Shown here in pieces: positions 19,251 to 26,629 of a stretch of DNA of 41,875 nucleotides (positions are counted from its first letter, which is position 1; each line of letters starts with the position of its first letter). The notes beneath the pieces are model-generated. The model worked only from the letters and a program-made list of their open reading frames with translations. It was not told the DNA's origin and did no database searches. The DNA lies in contig JACPZV010000389.1 of assembly GCA_016195295.1 (NCBI GenBank), positions 1 to 41,875 on the forward strand. Direction: 5' to 3'. Origin of the DNA: Acidobacteriota bacterium. GTDB lineage: Bacteria > Acidobacteriota > Vicinamibacteria > Vicinamibacterales > CAVVIG01. A program made the position numbers and the translations under genes.

Positions 19251-19481
19251 TTAGCCCTTCGATCGACGGGCTCGCTCTCTGGCTGCTGAAGCAGCTTGAC
19301 TCGCCTTCTTGGCTCTGGCGACACGTTGTTCGGGTGTCATTGTTTCCAGCGACCGCTTGCCACCAATCCGGCCGCCTTTTGCGCCTTGGGCGCGAAAGAA
19401 CTTGAGCACTTCCACCGGAACGCGCTTGCCCCGAAAGAACTTGTGCACTGCCGGAGGGAGTCGCTTCGCCATCTCAGGCAT
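19251..19481 (-). CDS. Small basic hypothetical protein (76 aa)
   Basis: AGGAG lies 10 nt upstream of the ATG. It sits in an AT-richer stretch. The Lys/Arg-rich sequence GGKRSLETMTPEQRVARAKKASQAASAARE resembles small proteins of mobile elements. Confidence 0.45.
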   Translation of the reverse strand: MPEMAKRLPPAVHKFFRGKRVPVEVLKFFRAQGAKGGRIGGKRSLETMTPEQRVARAKKASQAASAARERARRSKG

Positions 19482-19517
19482 TATCTTAAACTCCTGATGG
19501 TGTCGGCTAGATCGCAG

Positions 19518-19547
19518 TTGACACCTAAAGGGGGGTTTAGGTAATAT
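19518..19547 (+). promoter_or_regulatory. Near-consensus sigma70-like promoter (TTGACA-18 nt-TAATAT) whose spacer is a 7-bp hairpin
   Basis: TTGACA at 19518-19523 and TAATAT at 19542-19547. The spacer contains ACCTAAA-GGGGGG-TTTAGGT. It points antisense into the 3' end of the nuclease gene. Confidence 0.3.
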
Positions 19548-19651
19548 CAGACTCCGTCCCGATCATCCCAGGCAGAAGCTCCGGAAGGACGATGCGCCCC
19601 AGGACTACTTTAAGGGTGGACGCGTCAAATCAGACCGGCGGCTGCCGCTCT

Positions 19652-20327
19652 TCAAGGTCGAGTGATCCGCAGCGTGCACCGGCTGCGCTCCGTGCGTGGC
19701 CGGTCGATTTGAACCTGCAGCCGACGGGTATCGGTCACGGTGCGCGAATAGCGCGACGCTTCGTACGAAGTCCAAGTGGCTTCTACTATCGAGCCGGGTT
19801 CTTCGAAAAGACCCACGAGACGAATCGGCGCGTCGAAGACTCGGTGTTTTGCCAACTCATTCAACTGACTGCGCGCCTGTTCATAGTAGAGCGTGCTATT
19901 CGAGGCTGGGAACATCTTCCCTTTTGTCACGATCACGACAACCTCGAAGGGCATGCCCGCGAGCGGCACCTTCGCTTTGTAGAACAATTCGCTCCGAATT
20001 ACGTTGTTGAGCAGGAACGGGGTAGTTCGAGAACTGCACCTCACCGAGTAGGCCACCCTTCACAAAGTCCACGTCGGTGCCGAGGAAAGAGAACTCATCT
20101 GGAATGACAACCCCGGCATTCCAGCCGAGATCCACGAGCGCCTGCTTCAAGTAGGCGTTCGTACCGACAGGATCAAAAATCAAGTTTCCAACGAGTCCGG
20201 CCTGATCGGACGCCTTGAGGTGGAGAGGCATCCCTCGCGTGACATCAACGAGTTCGCGCCACTCGGAAGCATAGGGGGTGCCGAGCAAGACGTCGGCTCC
20301 GTTATAGTCGACAAGATCAATGCGCAC
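19652..20327 (-). pseudogene. BglII/BstYI-family type II restriction endonuclease-like protein, frameshifted at a homopolymer
   Basis: ORFs 19896..20327 and 19652..20056 join to ~225 aa if one C of the CCCC run (GGGG at 20019-20022 on the + strand) is removed, giving ...DFVKGGLLGEVQFSNYP|FLLNNVIRSELFYKAK... DFVKGGLLGEVQ has the D-x8-E-x-Q spacing of the BglII active site (D84/E93/Q95). No methyltransferase is adjacent. Confidence 0.7.
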
Positions 20328-20431
20328 AGGACCAACGGATTCTCAGTGTGGCAGGGACCACCCGCGACAACACGCTGACGCCAATCACGGTCGGCGTTGG
20401 TTCCCAAAGGGCGTGCAGTGTCGGGACGACC

Positions 20432-20722
20432 TTACGCCTCGCCACGGTCAGCGTCGATCAGTTGCGCGGCGGTCCCGGCCGAAAGACGAAGCGTCGGCCA
20501 GCCCGCCAGAGGATCGCCGGATTCGAGCGGCAGCCGGACGATTCCCGCCGCGACGAGCTTCTCGTACTGAGACCGCCGGCCAGCGCGCGTCCCTTTTGGT
20601 GGCGGACCAAGTTCGGCGACGACCCGGCCGTGCGCCGTCACGGCAATGCGTTCGCCCGCCTCGATTCGACGCACGTACTTGCTCAGGTTGTCCTTCAGCT
20701 CGCGGATGCCCGTCGACGTCAT
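20432..20722 (-). CDS. Phd/YefM-family antitoxin, orphan (no toxin gene downstream)
   Basis: MTSTGIRELKDNLSKYVRRIEAGERIAVTAHGRVVAEL. The start was set at the second ATG (20722) because the first ATG (20749) lies inside a 36-bp inverted repeat. Confidence 0.7.
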   Translation of the reverse strand: MTSTGIRELKDNLSKYVRRIEAGERIAVTAHGRVVAELGPPPKGTRAGRRSQYEKLVAAGIVRLPLESGDPLAGWPTLRLSAGTAAQLIDADRGEA

Positions 20723-20758
20723 GTTGCCAAAATAGCTACATGTGGCCATATTGGCAAC
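20723..20758. promoter_or_regulatory. Inverted repeat with 14-bp arms (GTTGCCAAAATAGC-N8-GCCATATTGGCAAC) immediately upstream of the orphan Phd gene; candidate operator
   Basis: Read directly from the sequence. Twelve of 14 arm positions pair, and ACATGT is at the centre. Confidence 0.4.
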
Positions 20759-20769
20759 CGTCGGTTCAG

Positions 20770-20792
20770 GTCCGGCTGAAGCCGGACACTAC
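20770..20792 (+). repeat. Palindromic repeat unit GTCCGGCTGAAGCCGGAC-ACTAC, copy 1
   Basis: It matches 39652-39674 at 22 of 23 positions, in the same orientation. The stem is 7 bp (GTCCGGC/GCCGGAC). It overlaps the stop codon of the BNR gene. Confidence 0.5.
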
Positions 20793-23700
20793 CGATCGGG
20801 TCTGAGCGCCGAGAGACCCGTGGCGGCCGCCGTGCGGTTGAACGCCGGCACGTCCTGATCCATCACGCGATTGAATTCCGCCCTCGCGGCCGCGAGATCC
20901 CGATCGATCCCTTCCAACACTTCGAGCGACGCGTCGGTCGGCCGATAGTCGGCGCCGCCCGCGACGTCACCGGCGCCGCTCCCGACGACGCCGTTCAGGC
21001 AGACGAGGTTCATGTAGATCTTGTAGGCCTCGACGTACCATTTGTCGTCGCTGTGCAAGTCCGTCCGCGACAGCAGCCGCAGCTCCACCGCGAGCAGCTT
21101 GGCGTCCAGATCGTTGAGCGCCTTTTCGGCCTGCGCCTGACCCCGATGGGTTTGGAGCTGATCTTCGATCTGCTTCCGCACGATCTCGATCTTGTTGATC
21201 ATGTCGGCCGTGTCGTTCATGCGATCGCGAACGCGCGTCTGCGCCATCGTCGAGGCGACCAGGTCGCCGTCAGACGAGGGAATCGCCGGGTCCTTCAGCA
21301 CCTCGATCGGCCTCGTCTGCGACCTGCCGTTCACCATCAAGCGAACGGTGTACTTGCCTGGCGCGGCGATAGGCGCAGCCGACGCCGCCTGCTCGATGCC
21401 CCAGTGCACGATGGGCCGCGTGTCCTTGCCCTTGAATCGCGGTTCTTCCCAGATGTGCGGGTTATCGGGCGGTGTCGTGCGCAGCGCGACAGCTTTGGGC
21501 GCCTCGTAACGCAGGTCCCACACGACGCGGTTCAAGCCCGCGCGGCCCGCGGATTGAAGCGTTCGCACGATGGTTCCGCCCGCATCGAGAATCTCCAGCT
21601 TGACAGCGTTTACCGGGGCCGTCGACGCGGCCTTCAGCGAGTACAGAAGATCGACGGTCCCGCTGCGCGCGAGACGGAAACCGGGACGCGGCGCGTAGAG
21701 AAACGCGTCGGCGTCGGTCGTCACCTGATCGCTCTGCTCGAGCCGCGTGATGTCGCTCAGAATGAACAGCCCGCGGCCGTACGTCGAGATGACGACGTCG
21801 TGAGCGAGTTTCGGCACGACGATCCACGTGACCGGCGCCGCTGGTAAGCCGTCCGTGAACTGCGTCCAGTGCCCGCCATCGTCCAGCGAATAGAAGAAGC
21901 CGTGGCCAGTGCCGGCGAAGAGCATCCCGCGGCGATTCGGATTCTCGGCGATCGACAGCGCGTAGGAGAGCGGATGCTTCGCCGGCAGGCTGTCGCTGAT
22001 CTTCTTCCACGTCTGCCCGAAGTCCGTGGTCTTGTAGATGAACGGATCGCGATTGTCGACGAGATGAAAATCGATCGCGACGTACGCCGTGCCGGGATCG
22101 AAGTGCGACGGCTCGATCTTTCTCACCGTCCCCCACGGCGGGAGACCGATGATGTTCTTCGTCACGTCGTTCCACCTGCCGCCGCCGTCTCTCGTGTTCC
22201 ACACTTTGCCGTCGTTCGTGCCGGCCCAGATCAACCCGCGCTGGACTTCAGACGGCGCGATGGCGAACACAAGCTCGCCGTAGAACTGCCCGAGGTTGTC
22301 GCCGATGATGCCGCCCGACGAGACGATGCGCGAGGCGTCCTGCGTCGAGAGATCCGGGCTGATGACTTTCCAGCTCTGCCCGCCATCCGACGTCTTGAAG
22401 ATCACCTGGCAGCCGAAATACACGGTGTTGTGATCGAAGGGATCGATCGCGAGCGGCGGCGTCCAGTGGCAGCGGTACTTGACGTCGGTCGGCGCCGAGT
22501 CCAGCGTGTGGATCGTCGGGCTCACCGAGCGGGCGCGCCTGGTGCGGGCGTCGTAGCGCGTCACCTCGGCGCCGTAGCAGCTCGCCCACACGACGTCGGG
22601 ATTCGTCAGGTCCGGCAGCGTGAATCCGGACTCGCAACCGCCGAGGTTCGGCTGCCACGGCGTCACGCCGATCCCGCCGGCCGCGCCGCGACCGCGTCCT
22701 CCGCCTCCAGCCGCCTGCCCTGAGCCTGTCGAAGGGCCGCGCCCGCCTCGTCCGCCGGCCGCGGCCGGATCGACGAGGCCGGATCCAACGCCTGTGATTC
22801 CGCGATACGACGGGACGTTTGGCACGGCGGCGGGCGAATCGCTCGGCCCGCGCATCGTGCCATCGTCCTGACGGTTGCTGTAGATCCAGTACGGCACCTG
22901 GTTGTCAACTGCGACGTGATACATCTGGCCGATCGGCAGCGCAATCTGGTTGAAGGTGCGCCCATGATCGATCGTGATGCCCATTCCGCCGTCGCCGGTC
23001 GCCACCCAGTGGTCGGCGTTCTTCGAATCCATCCAGATGTCGTGGCAGTCGCCGCAGCCGCCGCCCGTGTTGATGGTGAAGGTGCTGCCGCCGTCGAGCG
23101 ATCGATGGAAGCTGCTGTTCGCGATCAAGACTTCGTCGGCGTTCTTCGGATTGACGTCGATGCGAATGTAGTAGCCTGCGCGGCCGATCAGCGTGCGGTC
23201 CCAGCTCACGACGCGCCACGTCGCCGCGCCGTCGTCCGATCGCCACAGCGATCCCTGGTTCGCGGTTTGTATCAGCGCGTACGCGCGTTTGGAATCGGAC
23301 GGCGCGATCGCGACGTCGATCTTCCCCACGGGCGATTTCGGCAGACCGGTCTCGCCTCTGGTCCATGTCGCCCCGCCGTCGCGCGTCACGTACACGCCGC
23401 TGCCCGGACCGCCGCTCAGCTCCGCCCACGTGTGCATCTCGACCTGCCACATGCCGGCGATGAGCACGTTCGCATCGTGCGCGTCCAGCGTCAGGCCCGA
23501 ACAGCCGGTGTTCGCGTCGACGAACAGCGAGCGCTGCCACGTCTGGCCGCCGTCGGTCGTCTTGAAGACGCCGCGTTCCTGCTGCGGTCCCGTCGTGCGG
23601 CCCAGCGCGCAGACGTAGACGATGTTCGGATTGGTGGGATGGACGATCACGCGGCCGATGCGACCGGTGTCGGCGAGGCCCATGTTCTTCCAGGTCTTGC

Positions 23701-24091
23701 CCGCGTCGGTCGACTTGTAGATGCCGTCGCCCATCACGTCGCTGTCGCGAATCGCCCACGCTTCGCCGGTCCCGGCCCACACGGTGTTGGGTTCAGAGGA
23801 GGCGACGGCGAGCGCGCCAATCGCCTGCGACGATTGATCGTCGAACACCGGCTCGAACGTCCGCGCGCCGTCAGTCGATTTCCAGACGCCGCCCGACGCC
23901 GCGCCAGCGTAGTACGTGTTGGTGTCGCCGGACACGCCGGCCACGGCCGCGATGCGGCCCGCGCTTTCCGGCCCCATATAGCGGAACCGGAACGGCGGCG
24001 GCGCCTGCGCGGCCGGTGGAGCGGCCTGTTGTGCCAGCGCGACCGCTCCTAGGATTCCCGTGCAGAAGAACTTGAGGAATGACCGTGTCAT
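20789..24091 (-). CDS. Secreted BNR/Asp-box repeat, sortilin/VPS10-like beta-propeller protein (~1100 aa)
   Basis: Signal peptide MTRSFLKFFCTGILGAVALAQQ. There are repeated S-x-D-x-G-x-T-W type Asp-boxes (KSTDGARTF, KSTDAGKTW, KTTDGGQTW, TRDGGATW, RSDDGAATW, RSLDGGSTF, KTSDGGQSW, TRDGGGRW, KTTDFGQTW). The start was set at ATG 24091, not the ORF-track 24484. Confidence 0.8.
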   Translation of the reverse strand: MTRSFLKFFCTGILGAVALAQQAAPPAAQAPPPFRFRYMGPESAGRIAAVAGVSGDTNTYYAGAASGGVWKSTDGARTFEPVFDDQSSQAIGALAVASSEPNTVWAGTGEAWAIRDSDVMGDGIYKSTDAGKTWKNMGLADTGRIGRVIVHPTNPNIVYVCALGRTTGPQQERGVFKTTDGGQTWQRSLFVDANTGCSGLTLDAHDANVLIAGMWQVEMHTWAELSGGPGSGVYVTRDGGATWTRGETGLPKSPVGKIDVAIAPSDSKRAYALIQTANQGSLWRSDDGAATWRVVSWDRTLIGRAGYYIRIDVNPKNADEVLIANSSFHRSLDGGSTFTINTGGGCGDCHDIWMDSKNADHWVATGDGGMGITIDHGRTFNQIALPIGQMYHVAVDNQVPYWIYSNRQDDGTMRGPSDSPAAVPNVPSYRGITGVGSGLVDPAAAGGRGGRGPSTGSGQAAGGGGRGRGAAGGIGVTPWQPNLGGCESGFTLPDLTNPDVVWASCYGAEVTRYDARTRRARSVSPTIHTLDSAPTDVKYRCHWTPPLAIDPFDHNTVYFGCQVIFKTSDGGQSWKVISPDLSTQDASRIVSSGGIIGDNLGQFYGELVFAIAPSEVQRGLIWAGTNDGKVWNTRDGGGRWNDVTKNIIGLPPWGTVRKIEPSHFDPGTAYVAIDFHLVDNRDPFIYKTTDFGQTWKKISDSLPAKHPLSYALSIAENPNRRGMLFAGTGHGFFYSLDDGGHWTQFTDGLPAAPVTWIVVPKLAHDVVISTYGRGLFILSDITRLEQSDQVTTDADAFLYAPRPGFRLARSGTVDLLYSLKAASTAPVNAVKLEILDAGGTIVRTLQSAGRAGLNRVVWDLRYEAPKAVALRTTPPDNPHIWEEPRFKGKDTRPIVHWGIEQAASAAPIAAPGKYTVRLMVNGRSQTRPIEVLKDPAIPSSDGDLVASTMAQTRVRDRMNDTADMINKIEIVRKQIEDQLQTHRGQAQAEKALNDLDAKLLAVELRLLSRTDLHSDDKWYVEAYKIYMNLVCLNGVVGSGAGDVAGGADYRPTDASLEVLEGIDRDLAAARAEFNRVMDQDVPAFNRTAAATGLSALRPDR

Positions 24092-24240
24092 GCGAGTCCC
24101 TCGTGTTGATGGGTGATGGTCGACATTGTACCGGCGACGTTGCGCCCGTCCCAATGGGAATGGATTATCCCCGATACCCGCGAAGTGAAGGTCGAGCCTC
24201 TGGGCGCTAACCCGCTCGGCTATGATGCGCGAAAGGCCCC

Positions 24241-25731
24241 ATGCCCAGAGCAAGCAAGACCGAACCACCGCAGGTCCCTCGTGCTGGCATCTTCGCGATG
24301 AACTGGCTCCGAAATGCCGTACGGATCCTCGCTCGGATTCGGGAGCGAATCTTCCCGGTTCGTCCTCGGAATGATGAACGCGCAAGTGAAACGCCAAGGT
24401 CTGTGGAAGGCGACGCGTGGGGATCGCCGGTAGCTGTTCTGACAGCGGAATCAGTGAAGGCAGAAGGGGACCAAGCTGCGCCACTTCCTTCCGTTCCAGG
24501 TGCAGAGCCAGATCGAGGGTCTATCGACGTTGCGTGGGAAGCTCCGAAGGCAGACGGCGATGCTGACCTGAAACAAGTCCAGTCCCAGCAAAGTCCACAA
24601 GACGACAGCTCGCAGGCTGCGCCGGCGTCTGTTGCGTCGATTGATATCGACGCATCGGGACACGATTCAGAAGAGAAAAAGGTAGACGAGACTGCGCGAC
24701 AAGAAGACGTCCACCAGTCCGCTCCGCCTGCATCAGGTCACGGGCTCGTCAGCCCAGAGACACCGCAAACTCCGGGACGCGTCGAGCCTGTGCGTCGGGG
24801 TGGTCGGCCGCGGGGATGCGGCGCACCGCAACGGCGCGATGATTCTAAGATCGATTCAGGCCTAAGGAGCCGTGGCCGGCCGCCGAAACCAGAGCTCGTC
24901 TGCTGGCGCAAGGGCATGAACTGGCTGGTTGGGATCGAGGTTCCTGACTCCTCATCCTCCGAGGAATGGGATCTACGGCACGGAGTCGCACCCTTGGAAG
25001 AGGACGAGCAGCGATCCGGTCGATGGGTTCTGAGCTCACCATGCGACTCCGTCACAGCTCAATGTGGAGACGGACCTGAGGTCATGTTCGCGGAGGAGCC
25101 GTTTCGGCTCTTCAAGCTATCCGGCGCCTCGTGTGACCGAGGCCGACACATTCGGTCGCTGACCAACGGTCGGTTCCTTATCATTGCTCCTGAGGAATTT
25201 GAGCCCAACCAACCGATGCTGGACTCGGCGTTTCTCGCCAATGAGCACGTCGTTGGCGCGTGCCGTGCACATCACGTCGAACTGCCTTCAGCAGTTCAAG
25301 ATCCGATGGGTTTCAGGACGCTGGAGGGAGAGTTCAGGTCCGTGCCAATTACCGGCGCGGCGTTCGAGTTCCAAGGAGATCTGGTTCCTGATGCGCACGC
25401 GATGGCTGGACCGTTGTTCCGGGGCGAACCACCCCACCTTCGGAGTCGCGGAGTGGTTTCGTATGGGACGGTCGTGATTATCGATCAGGGTGTCAAAGAT
25501 TCATCAACGCACTGGCGGCGGTCATCGTCTGACTTCGAGGAACTTCGGCCGGAAATCGCGTCGCGTCGGGCAGGGTGGTTCCAAGTGCGGCTGTACAACG
25601 ACGTGGATCAACACATCGAGAGTCTCGACTTCAGGTTTGCCGCTGGGTTACAAGCCATCTTGCGTGAAGCCGCGGCAACCCATGCCGAGCTCGAACGGGC
25701 ATGCTACCGCGCCGATCAAAGTCGTGCATGA
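24241..25731 (+). CDS. Hypothetical protein A, first gene of the helicase array: disordered acidic/Pro-rich N-terminus (~210 aa), a basic patch, then a beta-rich domain
   Basis: I recognise no domain. It is on the same strand as the helicases and upstream of them. The start is uncertain (24241 or 24298). The 3' ~90 nt may be out of frame; see findings. Confidence 0.55.
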   Translation: MPRASKTEPPQVPRAGIFAMNWLRNAVRILARIRERIFPVRPRNDERASETPRSVEGDAWGSPVAVLTAESVKAEGDQAAPLPSVPGAEPDRGSIDVAWEAPKADGDADLKQVQSQQSPQDDSSQAAPASVASIDIDASGHDSEEKKVDETARQEDVHQSAPPASGHGLVSPETPQTPGRVEPVRRGGRPRGCGAPQRRDDSKIDSGLRSRGRPPKPELVCWRKGMNWLVGIEVPDSSSSEEWDLRHGVAPLEEDEQRSGRWVLSSPCDSVTAQCGDGPEVMFAEEPFRLFKLSGASCDRGRHIRSLTNGRFLIIAPEEFEPNQPMLDSAFLANEHVVGACRAHHVELPSAVQDPMGFRTLEGEFRSVPITGAAFEFQGDLVPDAHAMAGPLFRGEPPHLRSRGVVSYGTVVIIDQGVKDSSTHWRRSSSDFEELRPEIASRRAGWFQVRLYNDVDQHIESLDFRFAAGLQAILREAAATHAELERACYRADQSRA

Positions 25732-26629
25732 TGCGCACTGCCAGGTCATCCCGCTTGGTGCGGACGCAGTATCCGTGTCGGTTATTACCGAGGAAGGGGG
25801 CACGAGAGTCGAACTTCCTCCTTTGCCGATTTTCGATGAGACGTTGTGCCTTGTTGAGCATCGTGGAGGCGGACAGGTCGAGATTGGCCTGGGAGTCGAC
25901 CGAGTGTGGTGGTCCATGCTGGATGGGCCGGAGGACAAGACTCGCGTCGATTGGACCGATCGGCCGTTCGAGCTTCGAGCCGCCGACTTCGCCGCGACAA
26001 GTCAGCGTCTGCTGCGGGTTCGGCTGCCGCGCGCCTGGGAGGGCACCACTGTAGACGTTGGCGTCGCGCCATACCGAACCGTATTGGCTCGTCCTCTGCC
26101 TCGCCGCCGACGTGAAGCAGAAGTTCCATTCCGGGAACTCGGCAGGTTTCCCGAGGTTACCGACGGTGTCTCTGGAGTCGAGCTCAAGCTGTGGGGGCGC
26201 TCTTCTGCGGGCGAGATGTGGAACGGCGTTGTCGGTCGGCTGATCGTCGCCGAGCCCACAACGAGACTGCACCTGGAAGCGCTCAGCCCGGTCAATGCCA
26301 TGAGGATTCTCACTCGACTTCGGCAGCAGTGCCTGGGCCGGGGATGCTGTCACCGGGCTCTGGTTGACAGGCTCCGCAAACGGTACGACAGGCTCGCTCG
26401 ACATGCGGATTGTCCCAGTGATGCCGAGCGACAAACATTCCTCTGCGACGCGCTGTGCGTTCTCGCGCTCGTGGAGGACGAACATTTGCGGGATGGATGG
26501 AGTCCTCGCATCCCCGCGAGGTGGATCCGTAGGGCGAGGGCCGCAGCGACCAGGTTCCCCTTGGTCCTTGAGGGGCTGAAGCTCGCTCGTCCGTGGCGGG
26601 ATCGAGGAGGATCCGCGAGTGACTCATAA
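25682..26629 (+). CDS. Hypothetical protein B (or the C-terminal part of A if A and B are one frameshifted gene)
   Basis: The frame is open from 25490. Candidate starts are ATG 25682 and GTG 25724. A hand count of third-position GC in the overlap favours this frame from about 25640 onward. The stop overlaps the helicase start by 11 nt. The C-terminus is helical and Cys-rich. Confidence 0.5.
   Translation: MPSSNGHATAPIKVVHDAHCQVIPLGADAVSVSVITEEGGTRVELPPLPIFDETLCLVEHRGGGQVEIGLGVDRVWWSMLDGPEDKTRVDWTDRPFELRAADFAATSQRLLRVRLPRAWEGTTVDVGVAPYRTVLARPLPRRRREAEVPFRELGRFPEVTDGVSGVELKLWGRSSAGEMWNGVVGRLIVAEPTTRLHLEALSPVNAMRILTRLRQQCLGRGCCHRALVDRLRKRYDRLARHADCPSDAERQTFLCDALCVLALVEDEHLRDGWSPRIPARWIRRARAAATRFPLVLEGLKLARPWRDRGGSASDS

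Noticed and set aside
19592-20107. 171-aa + strand ORF downstream of the TTGACA/TAATAT promoter.
   Set aside because: It is antisense to the BglII-like coding frames, with Arg/Ser-rich low-complexity translation and no RBS. If the promoter is real, its product is more likely non-coding.
22660-22800. Gly/Arg-rich low-complexity stretch (AAAGGRGGRGPSTGSGQAAGGGGRGRGAAGG) inside the BNR protein, considered as a frameshift or foreign insertion.
   Set aside because: It is in frame, with propeller sequence continuous on both sides. It is most simply a surface loop.
24113-24301. 62-aa ORF in the divergent region upstream of protein A.
   Set aside because: It has no RBS and no motif, and it overlaps the likely start of protein A. 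The evidence is insufficient.
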